Assembly: GCA_013213915.1 (NCBI GenBank)
Contig: JABSRK010000007.1
Location: forward strand, 1-33,428
Source of the DNA: Planctomycetota bacterium
Lineage (GTDB): Bacteria; Planctomycetota; GCA-002687715
Reading direction: 5' to 3'
Length of the DNA: 33,428 bases
Part shown: piece by piece, positions 9,325-20,134 of the stretch
Layout: each line of letters begins with the position of its first letter
Position numbering within the stretch: the first letter of the stretch is position 1
Translations under genes and position numbers: made by a program
The notes under the pieces: model-generated
Told to the model about the DNA's origin: nothing
Database searches by the model: none
Seen by the model: the letters and a program-made list of their open reading frames with translations, nothing else

Positions 9325-10854
9325 CGAACGCAGTCTTCCCGCGACGTCGATGTGCGGGTCGTTTCGGTAGACGAAGACGATCCACACGACCGCGAATACG
9401 GCGCAATGGGCAGCCCCGAGGGCGACCATGTACGGCATGCCCTTCGGATCGAGTTGTTTCATGGCCAGCAGCACACCCACGACGGGGATCGCACCGATAA
9501 CGGTGCGTACGCAGACGTGGGTCACGAACCTCGTGAGCGAGAGCCCGATCGCGCGGCATGAGATTCGAGAAACGATGACGGCGAACAGCACGTTCGGGAC
9601 GGCCGTGGCATAAGCGACACCGAGCATGCCGTACGGGACGACGAGGGCCAGCGAGATCCCGAGGTTCAGCAAGCCCATGAACACGAACACGATGCCGGGC
9701 GCCTTTGCCTTTCCCAGTCCCATGAGCACGCCGATGGACACGCCGCGCACCGGCATGAACAAGAGGCAGGACATCATCAGCACCACAAGGCAATCGCCGG
9801 CCACGGGTTGGTACTTGTCGCCCATCCATGCGTGCAGGAACGCGGGACCGAGCACCATGAGATACAGCCCCGCCATCAGCGTCAGGCTGAATGCGACCTT
9901 GGTCCACTGCAGGTAGAGGGCGCGGATGCCCTCCATATCGCCCTTCACCTGGAGGTGGGCGACCTTGGGCAAGGCTACGGCGCCGATGGCGACGAGGAAC
10001 TCGATCAGCATCACCATCAGGTAGTTGGCGGTCTTGTACTGGTACGGATCAGTCGCGTCGCCGAACGACCCCAGAACGATCCCGTTGACGAAGAAGCAGA
10101 GCTTGATGCCGAGGTTCAAGAGCAGAACCCAGATACTGAAGCCGATGATCTTCTTGACCTGGGCGCGGTTGACGTGACGCAGATCAATGCGCACCTGCGG
10201 GTACTTCCTACGCACGACGATCAGGCCGACGATGAGCTCTCCGAGCAGGACGCCGACCGTGACGAGCGCCAGCACGACAACGGATGGCCACACCAGGAGC
10301 GTCCCGACGATGAGCCCGAGCTTGGCGAGGACTCCGACCGTCGAGATGACGTTCGCCGTGACGAAGTCCTGGTGGCCGGTGAGAATTCCGATCGGCAGCT
10401 GGGCGAGGAAATTGAGCGCGATGAACACGACCACCAGCGCGAACGCCAAGCGTACGTCTTCGACCAGCTCCGGCCAGTTCTGCGTGACGACCGGCTGCAC
10501 GTACGCAGCGTCAAAGCAGAAATAGAGGATCGCTCCGACCACCAGCGCCATCGCCGCGACGACCAGATACAGGGCCGCGGAGGCTGACACCGCGTCGTTG
10601 AGATCATCCCCGTCCTCGTCCGCGATGGCGGTCGCGAAGATCTTCGAAGAGGCCATGGGGATGCCCAGCGCCAGCAGCATCAGGACGCCCGTCCAGGAGC
10701 TGATGACCTCCCAGGCATTGGCGGAATCGCCCACCTTGTGGAGGATGTACGGCGTCGTGACGAAGCCGAAGGCCGCCGTCACGACGTTGCGCACCCAGTT
10801 GGAGCCGATGTTCCTAAGCAAGCGCGATCCCTCCCCCGAGGCGCTCGCGCACAT
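9304..10854 (-). CDS. Wzx-like oligosaccharide/polysaccharide flippase (MOP superfamily)
   Basis: 516-aa ORF with about 12-14 TM segments. The N-terminus (LLRNIGSNWVRNVVTAAFGFVTTPYIL) is typical of polysaccharide biosynthesis/flippase proteins. Confidence 0.75.
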   Translation of the reverse strand: MCASASGEGSRLLRNIGSNWVRNVVTAAFGFVTTPYILHKVGDSANAWEVISSWTGVLMLLALGIPMASSKIFATAIADEDGDDLNDAVSASAALYLVVAAMALVVGAILYFCFDAAYVQPVVTQNWPELVEDVRLAFALVVVFIALNFLAQLPIGILTGHQDFVTANVISTVGVLAKLGLIVGTLLVWPSVVVLALVTVGVLLGELIVGLIVVRRKYPQVRIDLRHVNRAQVKKIIGFSIWVLLLNLGIKLCFFVNGIVLGSFGDATDPYQYKTANYLMVMLIEFLVAIGAVALPKVAHLQVKGDMEGIRALYLQWTKVAFSLTLMAGLYLMVLGPAFLHAWMGDKYQPVAGDCLVVLMMSCLLFMPVRGVSIGVLMGLGKAKAPGIVFVFMGLLNLGISLALVVPYGMLGVAYATAVPNVLFAVIVSRISCRAIGLSLTRFVTHVCVRTVIGAIPVVGVLLAMKQLDPKGMPYMVALGAAHCAVFAVVWIVFVYRNDPHIDVAGRLRSLLNRKG

Positions 10855-10874
10855 CGTACCCGCGACGTGATCCC

Positions 10875-11579
10875 ATGACGCAGAGCCGCTTGCTCTTCCT
10901 CATCCCGATCGTCCTCGGCGTGCTGCTCGCCGTCTGGTGGTTTGGTGGGCTGGCCGAAGACCCGGGGGCCCGAGGCCGGCGCATTCGACTAGTCGAGCGT
11001 AGCGCGCGCCTCACCAAATTCGCGAAGGAATCACCACCGAAAGACGCCGTCGTGTTCTTGGGTTCGTCGACCATCCAGTTCTGGCCCCTCGTGACGTCGT
11101 TCCCGGACGCCAGGACCGTCAACCGCGGGATCGGCGAGGAGCCCGTCCACGAGCTACGCGAGCGCCTCTCCCGCACGCTTCCGCCGGAGCCGTCGGGCGC
11201 GGTTCTGTACGTCGGCAGCGTGGACTTCAACACCCTTGGCCGACCGGTGGCAGATGTCGTCCGAGACGTGGAAGCGCTGATCGTCGATCTGCGACGCCTG
11301 CTCCCGGACCTCCCCATGGCGATCATCGGCGTCAACGCCGCCCGCGATACCCCCCTCGAACGCGCGGCGCAGCTCGCCGTCCTCAACGCCAGTCTGGCGG
11401 CCACATGCGCCGACGCCGAACCGCCCATCGCGTTCGTGAATACGGACCGGGCGCCGTTCCGGGCGCCGGATGGCCGGCTGGCACCGGAGATCAGCAGAGA
11501 TCGCTGGCACCTGAACGCGGACGGATACGCGCGTCTGGCAGAGTGGCTGCGGGAGGCTGCACCCGACCTGGGCCTATAG
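10875..11579 (+). CDS. GDSL/SGNH-family esterase with N-terminal membrane anchor
   Basis: 234-aa ORF with a TM/signal-anchor sequence (LLFLIPIVLGVLLAVWWFGG). SGNH blocks are VVFLGSSTIQFW, NRGIGEE, IIGVNAARD and DRWHLNADGY (DxxH). Confidence 0.7.
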   Translation: MTQSRLLFLIPIVLGVLLAVWWFGGLAEDPGARGRRIRLVERSARLTKFAKESPPKDAVVFLGSSTIQFWPLVTSFPDARTVNRGIGEEPVHELRERLSRTLPPEPSGAVLYVGSVDFNTLGRPVADVVRDVEALIVDLRRLLPDLPMAIIGVNAARDTPLERAAQLAVLNASLAATCADAEPPIAFVNTDRAPFRAPDGRLAPEISRDRWHLNADGYARLAEWLREAAPDLGL

Positions 11580-11668
11580 CTCGCGCTCCGCGGTTACGAC
11601 GCCGGACGCAAACAACGCCGCGCCGCGGCGAACAAGGCGGCGCCCCAGACGAACAGCGGGCGGAGGGT

Positions 11669-11678
11669 GGGGGGGGGG
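11669..11678 (+). repeat. G10 homopolymer inside a G-tract cluster (11665-11700) upstream of htpG
   Basis: The sequence is GGGTGGGGGGGGGGCGTCCTGGGGACGTAAAGGGGG, which gives four or more G-runs of at least 3 within 36 nt on the + strand. Confidence 0.8.
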
Positions 11679-11756
11679 CGTCCTGGGGACGTAAAGGGGG
11701 CTGGTCCTTGATGCGGCCCGTACGTGCGACAACATGGTGTTCCTCAAGGAGCACTC

Positions 11757-13703
11757 ATGAGCGAAGAAACCCAGCCTGAGACCGAGGAAGCCGCGGCAGG
11801 CGCCGAGCACAGCTTCCGGGCCGAGGTCAATCAGGTCCTCGATATCGTCATCAACTCCCTCTACAGCCACCGGGAAATCTTCCTCCGTGAGCTGATCTCG
11901 AACGCGGCGGACGCCCTGGACAAGTTGCGCTTCCGTGCCGTCACCGACGAGGGGCTCATGGAGGGCGAGGGAGAGCTCGAGATCCAACTCGCCCCCGATC
12001 GAGAGGCCAAGACGCTCACGGTCATCGACACCGGCATCGGCATGACGCGGGACGAGGTCATCGAGAATCTGGGAACCATCGCACACTCTGGATCCCGTGG
12101 GTTCCTCGAGGCGATGGCCGGCCAGGGCAATGCCGGGAGCGACGTCTCGGGCGTCGATCTCATCGGCCAGTTCGGCGTCGGGTTCTACAGCGCGTTCCTG
12201 GTGGCAGACCGGGTCGAGGTCCGGACCCTGGCGGCTGGCGAGGGCCAGACCGGCTGGCTCTGGACCTCGGCAGCGCACGGCACCTTCACCGTGGACGAGG
12301 CGCCCGAGTGGACGACCCGAGGAACCGAGATCCGTCTCCACTTAAAGGAGGAACACCACGAGTTCCTCGACGAGTGGCGCATCAGGGAGCTGGTCCGCAA
12401 GTACTCGGACTTCGTGAGCTGGCCGATCCTGCTGGAGGTCACGACGGAAGAAGGCGAAGGCGACGACAAGAAGACCGTCACCAAGGACGAGACCATCAAC
12501 ACGGCCTCCGCCCTGTGGCGCCGTCCACGCTCCGAGATCAAGGATGAGGAGTACCTCGAGTTTTACCGCCACGTCGCGCACGCGCCCGACGAGCCCATGG
12601 AGACGCTCCACTTCCAGATCGAGGGCACGACGTCGTACACGGGGTTGCTGTACGTCCCGAAGCAAGCTCCGTGGGATCTGTTCGAACGCGAGCGCCGGCA
12701 GGGCGTCCGGCTCTACGTCAAGCGCGTGATGATCATGGAGGACTGCAAGGACTTCGTCCCGGATCACCTTCGCTTCATCCGCGGCGTTATCGATTCGGAC
12801 GACTTGCCCCTCAACGTGTCGCGCGAGCTGCTGCAGGAGGACCGCACCGTCCGCACCATTCGCAAGACGGTGGTCAACAAGGTGCTCGCCGCCATCGAGC
12901 AGATGGCCGACAAGCGCAAGGACGACTACGCAGCCTTCTGGGGTGAATTCGGACGGGTGTTGAAGGAGGGGCTTCACACCGACTTCGAAAACAAGGACCG
13001 GCTCGCCAACCTGGTGCGCTGGCCAAGCTCGACGGAGCAGTTGACCTCCCTCGCCGAGTATGTCGAGCGCATGCCGGAGGACCAGGACGCCATCTACTAC
13101 GCGTTCGGAACCAACCGCGACGCCGTCGAAAACAGCCCCCACATCGAGGCGCTCAAGAAGCGCGGCACCGAGGTCCTCTACATGACGGACCCCATCGACG
13201 AGTGGGCCGTCGAGGGCATCCGCGAGTTCGAGAAGAAGCCGCTCAAGTCGGCGATGAAGGCCGACCTGGACCTGAGCAAGGAAGCCACGGATGAGGAGAA
13301 AGCCGAGAAGGAAGCGAACGAAGAGCGGCTCGAGGATCTCTGTGAGCGGGCGAAGACGATCCTGGTCGACGACATCGAGGAGGTGCGCGTCTCCAATCGC
13401 CTCACCGACTCACCGTGCTGCCTGGTGGTCCCCGAGGGTGGACTCCACGCCCACATCGAGCGCATTCTCCGCGCCCAGGGACAGGACATGCCCAAGCAGA
13501 AGCGGATCTTGGAGATCAACCCGGACCACCCGGTGGTCGAGAAACTCCACCTCATGCACGCAGCCGACAGCGACGGCGAGGAGGTCGGGGACTGGTTCCG
13601 CCTGCTGCACGACCAGGCCCTGCTGGCGGAGGGAAGCCCGATCGCCGATCCCGCGACCTTCGCCCGCCGCATGACTACGCTCATGCAGCGCGCCCTGGAG
13701 TGA
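11757..13703 (+). CDS. htpG: molecular chaperone HtpG (Hsp90)
   Basis: ATG 11757 is preceded by AGGAG with a 6-nt spacer. The product contains FRAEVNQVLDIVINSLYSHREIFLRELISNAADALDKLRF and IGQFGVGFYSAFLVAD, and HtpG-like similarity runs through the whole length. Confidence 0.95.
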   Translation: MSEETQPETEEAAAGAEHSFRAEVNQVLDIVINSLYSHREIFLRELISNAADALDKLRFRAVTDEGLMEGEGELEIQLAPDREAKTLTVIDTGIGMTRDEVIENLGTIAHSGSRGFLEAMAGQGNAGSDVSGVDLIGQFGVGFYSAFLVADRVEVRTLAAGEGQTGWLWTSAAHGTFTVDEAPEWTTRGTEIRLHLKEEHHEFLDEWRIRELVRKYSDFVSWPILLEVTTEEGEGDDKKTVTKDETINTASALWRRPRSEIKDEEYLEFYRHVAHAPDEPMETLHFQIEGTTSYTGLLYVPKQAPWDLFERERRQGVRLYVKRVMIMEDCKDFVPDHLRFIRGVIDSDDLPLNVSRELLQEDRTVRTIRKTVVNKVLAAIEQMADKRKDDYAAFWGEFGRVLKEGLHTDFENKDRLANLVRWPSSTEQLTSLAEYVERMPEDQDAIYYAFGTNRDAVENSPHIEALKKRGTEVLYMTDPIDEWAVEGIREFEKKPLKSAMKADLDLSKEATDEEKAEKEANEERLEDLCERAKTILVDDIEEVRVSNRLTDSPCCLVVPEGGLHAHIERILRAQGQDMPKQKRILEINPDHPVVEKLHLMHAADSDGEEVGDWFRLLHDQALLAEGSPIADPATFARRMTTLMQRALE

Positions 13704-13725
13704 TCTCCCTCTATACTCCCTGGCG

Positions 13726-15447
13726 ATGAGCGCCGCTGTCGCAACCCTGCTCGCGTTCCTGGTCTACGGCCTCGGCTTCCGATTCTACTCCCGACACTTG
13801 AGCTCCCGGGTGTTCGGACTCGACGCCTCCAGGGTCACGCCGGCTCACTCCTGCCGGGACGACGTCGACTACGTGCCGACGAACCGGTTCGTTCTGTTCG
13901 GGCATCACTGGGCATCGATCACCGGGCTGGCGCCCATGCTCGGCCCCGCCGTCGCCGTCATCTGGGGGTGGGGCCCGGCCATGTTGTGGGTGGTCCTGGG
14001 CGCGGTCCTCGTCGGCTGCGTGCACGACTTCTCGGCCCTCGTCGTGTCCATGCGCGCGCGCGGTCAGTCGGTCGGCAAGGTGGCCGAAGGCGTCATCGGC
14101 CCGCGAGCGAAGCTGCTGTTCCTGCTGATCATCTTCTTCGGAATCGCCCTGGCCATGGGCGTGTTCACCATCGCCATCGCGGGGCTGTTCGCAGGCAAGT
14201 ACGCGTCCGCCGTCCTGCCCTCCGGCGGTCTCATGATCGTCGCCGCCATCATCGGCTGGCTCGTCTACAAGAAAGGCGTGAAGCTCCTGCCTCTCGCCCT
14301 CGCCGGGTTCGTCATCCAGCTGGTGCTCGTGTGGGTAGGCCACCAGTGGCCTCTGCACTGGGGAGACGCCGGCGGCTGGAAGGTCACGCTGCTCGCGTAC
14401 GCACTCGCCGCGTCCATCCTCCCCGTGTGGTCCCTGCTGCAACCGCGCGACTTCCTGAACTCCCTCGTCCTGTACCTCGGCCTCGGCCTCGCCTATGTCG
14501 GCTTTTTCGTAGCGTCGCCCGAGTTCGCCGCGCCCATGGTGAACGAGCACCCCACCGGCGCTCCCTCCATCTTCCCGTTCGTGTTCACGACGATCGCGTG
14601 CGGCGCGGCGTCCGGATTCCACGGACTCGTGTCCTCCGGGACGACGTCCAAGCAGATCAACAAGGAGACGGACGCGCGCTTCATCGGCTACGGCGCCATG
14701 GTCGGCGAGAGCCTGCTCGGGCTGCTCGCCGTCCTCGCCACGGCGGCGGGCATCTCCATGGCGGCTGACAATCCCAGCGCTGCGTGGGGCAAGGCGTACG
14801 GGCACCACGTGAACACGGGGACTGCCCTGGAGAACTTCATCGACGGTACGGCCCGCTTCATTCAGCAACTGGGATTCGATCACGATCTGGCGATGGCGTT
14901 CATCGCCGTGCTTGTCGTTTCATTCGCCCTGACGACCCTGGATTCGGCCACACGGCTCCTGCGATACAACGTCGCGGAGATCGGGGAAGCCGTCCGCCTG
15001 CCGATCCTGAGCGGTCGCGTCACGGCCTCGGTGATCGCCGTCATCGCGATCGCCTTCTTCGCCTTCTACGAGATTGGCGGAGAGCCCATGGGCCGGGTCC
15101 TGTGGCAGCTATTCGGTACTACCAACCAGCTGCTGGCTGCACTGACGCTCCTCACGGTGACGCTGTACCTGAAGCAGCGCGGCAAGAACCCCCTGTTCAC
15201 GGGCGTCCCCATGCTCTTCATGCTGGTGACGGCCTTCACCGCCATGGTCGCTAACCTGGGCAAGTTCTCGGGCCAGTGGACGTTCGACGACAGCGCCGAC
15301 ACCATCCTCTTCACCGTGGGCGCGGTGCTCCTCGTCCTCGCCATCTGGGTGGTCGTGGAGGCGTTGCTCGCGACGAGGCGGACCCTCGCCTCGGGCACGG
15401 TCAACCCGTCCATGAGCGTCTTCCCCGAGCCGTCCGACGACGCCTGA
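13726..15447 (+). CDS. cstA: carbon starvation protein CstA family transporter (peptide/pyruvate)
   Basis: 573-aa polytopic protein. It contains TPAH...DYVPTNRFVLFGHHWASITGLAPMLGPAVAVIWGWGPAMLWVVLGAVLVGCVHDF, the CstA N-terminal signature. Confidence 0.9.
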   Translation: MSAAVATLLAFLVYGLGFRFYSRHLSSRVFGLDASRVTPAHSCRDDVDYVPTNRFVLFGHHWASITGLAPMLGPAVAVIWGWGPAMLWVVLGAVLVGCVHDFSALVVSMRARGQSVGKVAEGVIGPRAKLLFLLIIFFGIALAMGVFTIAIAGLFAGKYASAVLPSGGLMIVAAIIGWLVYKKGVKLLPLALAGFVIQLVLVWVGHQWPLHWGDAGGWKVTLLAYALAASILPVWSLLQPRDFLNSLVLYLGLGLAYVGFFVASPEFAAPMVNEHPTGAPSIFPFVFTTIACGAASGFHGLVSSGTTSKQINKETDARFIGYGAMVGESLLGLLAVLATAAGISMAADNPSAAWGKAYGHHVNTGTALENFIDGTARFIQQLGFDHDLAMAFIAVLVVSFALTTLDSATRLLRYNVAEIGEAVRLPILSGRVTASVIAVIAIAFFAFYEIGGEPMGRVLWQLFGTTNQLLAALTLLTVTLYLKQRGKNPLFTGVPMLFMLVTAFTAMVANLGKFSGQWTFDDSADTILFTVGAVLLVLAIWVVVEALLATRRTLASGTVNPSMSVFPEPSDDA

Positions 15448-15480
15448 CGCGCCCCCCAACGGATCGGATCGACAGGTGGG

Positions 15481-16788
<1,308 letters not shown>

Positions 16789-16817
16789 GAAACGTCTCCG
16801 TGAGGTGCGGTGCCGAC

Positions 16818-18449
16818 TCAGCCGTCGGTGGTGAGGAAGGGCCGGAGTTCCGGCTCCAAGAAGAGGGCCTCCGCGCGCCGACGCGCGAGGGCGAAGAGGC
16901 GAATCTGGTCGCGGACGGGTTGCTCAGGTTGCTCGGGCATTTGATCCCGGACCTTCCTCGCGATGGCGAGAAGCTCCTGATCCAGTACGTGCCGAACGAG
17001 GCTGGGGGTAACCACGGCCCCGTCGTCGAGGCGCACGCGATGACGCAACCACTGCCACGTCTGCGCGCGTGAGATCTCGAGCGTCGCCAGGTCTTCCATG
17101 AGGCCGTCCCACGCGACGCACCCCTTGCCCTCGCTCCACCCCTTCAGGTAAGCGATGGCGACGGCGGCGTTCTTGCGGAGGCCTCCGATGCTGCGGGGCC
17201 CGGTCGCCTCGGGCAACAGTTCGGCTTCCGTTGGCGAAACCGGAAGCACGTCGAGCTGGTGGTCGTTTTCGAACGCCGACAGCGCGGGTCCGATGAAGTA
17301 CGGGTGCGAAACCCAGCAGCCGTCGTGGCCCATGGTGGCCTCGAGGTGCTTGTCCAAGACGACCTTTTGCGTCTGTTCCTCGCGTGTCGCGGCGTCGTTT
17401 CCCGGCGTGAAGGCGGCCATGCCACCCATGGCGAATGCCCCATGACGGTGACAGACGTGGATCAGCCGGCGGGCGTAGGCGCTCATCCAGGGGCGGTCCA
17501 TGCCGATGCTGCCGCGATCGGCGAGCACGCGGTCAGGATGCTCCCGCAGGACCTTGATGTCGCTGAAGATCTTGTCCCAACGTCCGACGTTGAGGGCGGC
17601 CGCGCGCGTGCGCAGCTCGTAGAGGATCTCTTCGACCTGCATGGCGGCAGGCAGCGTCTCAATCAAGAACGTCGCCCTGATGGCACCGGTCTTCAATTCG
17701 AGTCCTTCCTCGACCAGATTGAACAGGCGGTTCCACCACCGCGCCTCCTTGAAGTGCTCGCACTTGGGAACGTAGATCTTGGGCGTCTTGCCCTGGGCGA
17801 TGAGCTCCCGCGCGGTGTGGTACGCGGTGAGTACGAGGTCGAAGATCCCGGCGGCGATGGGCTCTCCATCGACGATTATGTTCGCCTCGTCTATGTGGAG
17901 ACCACAGACCAGGACCATGAGCAACGGCATATCGTCGCGGTTGATCCGGTACGTCTTGCCGGGACGTTCCACCGTGAGGTCGCCACGGGCGGCGAGGGTG
18001 AGGTTCTCGAAACCGAGCAGCACGTTCTCCCACGTCGGCTTCATCGAGTCCTCGAAATCGAGCATGGCCGCATCGGACATGTGGCCGTCGGCGCCGCGGC
18101 TCAACATGTTGATGACCATCTTCGGGTCGCTGATGGGCCCGGTGATCTCGACGCGGCGACGCATCAGATCCTGAGGCAACTCCGCCACGCGCCAGTCGCC
18201 ACGCGCTTCCACCGGAGCGTCCACTGGACGACCGGGGAGCTCGCCCGCATCCCACGCGTCCTGACGGCGCTTGCGGTCCTCGAGCAGAACCCGGCGGTCG
18301 CTCGCCAGGGCGCGATGAGCCGTCAGGAGCAGGTCTCGAGCCTCGGCGGGTAGAAGGCGGGCCACGCGGAGGGCATCGGAGGGATCGCCCACGGTGAGTC
18401 CATGGAGGCGCGGGAGTGCAGACGCGGCGGAGGGGGGCGGCGGGGTCAT
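16818..18449 (-). CDS. aceB: malate synthase A
   Basis: Contains [35 protein letters not shown] and [17 protein letters not shown]. It ends 29 nt upstream of aceA. I prefer ATG 18449 over the TTG at 18545 used by the ORF track, but the start is uncertain. Confidence 0.9.
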   Translation of the reverse strand: MTPPPPSAASALPRLHGLTVGDPSDALRVARLLPAEARDLLLTAHRALASDRRVLLEDRKRRQDAWDAGELPGRPVDAPVEARGDWRVAELPQDLMRRRVEITGPISDPKMVINMLSRGADGHMSDAAMLDFEDSMKPTWENVLLGFENLTLAARGDLTVERPGKTYRINRDDMPLLMVLVCGLHIDEANIIVDGEPIAAGIFDLVLTAYHTARELIAQGKTPKIYVPKCEHFKEARWWNRLFNLVEEGLELKTGAIRATFLIETLPAAMQVEEILYELRTRAAALNVGRWDKIFSDIKVLREHPDRVLADRGSIGMDRPWMSAYARRLIHVCHRHGAFAMGGMAAFTPGNDAATREEQTQKVVLDKHLEATMGHDGCWVSHPYFIGPALSAFENDHQLDVLPVSPTEAELLPEATGPRSIGGLRKNAAVAIAYLKGWSEGKGCVAWDGLMEDLATLEISRAQTWQWLRHRVRLDDGAVVTPSLVRHVLDQELLAIARKVRDQMPEQPEQPVRDQIRLFALARRRAEALFLEPELRPFLTTDG

Positions 18450-18499
18450 GGCAGGCGTAATCCAGAGCAGGGAACCGGAAAGCGCGGGCAGCGATCCGT

Positions 18500-18527
18500 G
18501 TGTTTTAGTAACGTGAGAATAGAACAC
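18500..18527. promoter_or_regulatory. AT-rich imperfect palindrome in the aceB / regulator divergent intergenic region (candidate operator)
   Basis: GTGTTTTA-N12-TAGAACAC, with 7 of 8 arm positions complementary. It lies in the most AT-rich patch of an otherwise GC-rich spacer. Confidence 0.3.
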
Positions 18528-18587
18528 GTCAGCCCGGCTGGTCAAGCGAAACTTCGCCAGACGCGTAAGTTCGCTTGGCGGGTTCCT

Positions 18588-18602
18588 TTCGCTCCGAGCG
18601 AA
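18588..18602. promoter_or_regulatory. perfect 15-bp palindrome TTCGCTC-C-GAGCGAA just upstream of the regulator start (operator or 5' UTR hairpin)
   Basis: The two 7-bp arms are exactly reverse-complementary. It ends 33 nt upstream of ATG 18635. Confidence 0.3.
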
Positions 18603-18634
18603 GGGACGCCGAAAGACCGATCCGGGAGCACCCC

Positions 18635-20128
18635 ATGCCCGTATCCGCCGAACAGAACATGCAGCTCATCCTGGGTCTGCGAGTCCGCCAGCGCCGGACC
18701 GACATGGGGCTCTCGCTGACCGAGACGGCACGCTCCGCGGGGCTTTCGGTCTCCTACCTGAGCGAGATCGAAAAGGGGAAGAAGCACCCGCGCCTGGACA
18801 AGATCATGGACCTGGCTCGCGCCCTGGAGATCAAACCCGAGGATCTGGTGTCGCTCCGCCCGGACCGCGACCTGGACCCGGTCTCGGAGGCTCTGGGCTC
18901 ACGCCTCATCCGCACGTTCCCGTTCCACCTCTTCGGCGTTGAGCCGTCGAGCCTGGCCGGCCTGGCGAACAACCCGGCCCGCGCGGCGGCGCTGCTCCGG
19001 ACGTTCCTCGACGTCGGACGGGCGTACGACATCCAGGTAGAGGATTTCCTCCTGGCCGCCCTGCGCTCCCACCAGGAACGCCACCGCAACCACTTTGAAG
19101 ACCTGGAGGAGGAGGCCCGAACCTACCGGACAGAACGGGGCTGGGGACCGGAAGCCACCATCGAAGCCGATGAACTACGGAAGATCCTCGAGCGCGAGTA
19201 TGGCTACGACATCGACGAGGACCTCCTGCCCGCCAGTGACCAGCTGCGCAGCTTTCGGTGGGTCTACAAGGAAGGCACGCGTCCGCGCCTGTTCGTCAAC
19301 GGCGGCCTGCTGCCCTCCCAGCGCGCCTTCGTATACGCCTACGAACTCGGCTTCCTCCACCTGGGCTTGGAGGCTCGCGCCTCCGCGTCCTCATGGCTCG
19401 AAGTGGAGTCGTTCGAACAGGTCCTGGACAACTTCAAGGCGTCGTACTTCGCGGGCGCGCTGCTGATGCCAGAAGAGGCCGTCACCCGCGACCTGAAAGG
19501 TTGGCTCGGCGCACCCGGCTGGGATGGGCAAGGGTTGCTCGACCTGATCGATAAACACCGTGCCACACCCGAGATGTTCCTGTACCGCTTCGCCCAGGTC
19601 GCCCCCAAACGACTGGGCCTGGAGGACATGTTCTTCTTCCGGTTCAATCACCGCCCTGGGAGCGAAGAATTCCGGCCGACGCGCGTCCTCAACCTCTCTC
19701 GCGTCCCCGTGCCCCACGGAGTCGGGCTCGACGAACATCACTGCCGGCGCTGGCCTGCCATGCAGCTCCTCCGAGACATGGGACCCGCACCCGCCACCAC
19801 CAGCCCTGTCGTCAAGGCTCAGCGCTCGGTCTTCTTGGACGACGGCCACGAGTTCCTCGTCGTCTCCATCGCGCGGCCCCTCGTGTTGAGTTCGGTCAAC
19901 GCGTGCGTCTCCATCGGCTTCCTGCTCGACGACACCGCGAGAGAGAAGATCGCGTGGTGTGACGACCGCACGTTTCCTCGCGTCGAGGTCCACCTCTCCT
20001 GCGAGCGCTGTCCCCTGTCACCAGAAGCGTGCGGCGACCGCGCCGCCCCACCTCGGGTCCACGACGCCCTGCAAGATCGGACCGGTCGCATCGCCAGCCT
20101 GCAAGGCTTCCTCGACGACCTCGACTAG
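18635..20128 (+). CDS. RamB/PrpR-type (short-chain fatty acyl-CoA regulator family) transcription regulator: XRE HTH + ImmA/IrrE-like domain + Cys-rich DUF2083-like C-terminus
   Basis: ATG 18635 is preceded by GGGAG. The N-terminal XRE HTH is LGLRVRQRRTDMGLSLTETARSAGLSVSYLSEIEKGKK. The central region resembles an ImmA/IrrE domain but is degenerate (YAYELGFLHLG in place of HExxH). The C-terminus is cysteine-rich (HHCRRW, CVSIG, WCDD, SCERCPLSPEAC). The gene is divergent from aceB-aceA. Confidence 0.8.
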   Translation: MPVSAEQNMQLILGLRVRQRRTDMGLSLTETARSAGLSVSYLSEIEKGKKHPRLDKIMDLARALEIKPEDLVSLRPDRDLDPVSEALGSRLIRTFPFHLFGVEPSSLAGLANNPARAAALLRTFLDVGRAYDIQVEDFLLAALRSHQERHRNHFEDLEEEARTYRTERGWGPEATIEADELRKILEREYGYDIDEDLLPASDQLRSFRWVYKEGTRPRLFVNGGLLPSQRAFVYAYELGFLHLGLEARASASSWLEVESFEQVLDNFKASYFAGALLMPEEAVTRDLKGWLGAPGWDGQGLLDLIDKHRATPEMFLYRFAQVAPKRLGLEDMFFFRFNHRPGSEEFRPTRVLNLSRVPVPHGVGLDEHHCRRWPAMQLLRDMGPAPATTSPVVKAQRSVFLDDGHEFLVVSIARPLVLSSVNACVSIGFLLDDTAREKIAWCDDRTFPRVEVHLSCERCPLSPEACGDRAAPPRVHDALQDRTGRIASLQGFLDDLD

Positions 20129-20134
20129 CGCGGG

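Noticed and set aside
11740-11780. AGCACTC just before the htpG start, resembling a CIRCE half-site (TTAGCACTC-N9-GAGTGCTAA)
   Set aside because: There is no inverted partner 9 nt downstream, and the half-site overlaps the RBS-to-start region. It is not a CIRCE element.
13711-14883. 390-aa minus-strand ORF antisense to cstA
   Set aside because: It has the same shadow-ORF composition, and cstA on the plus strand has clear family motifs.
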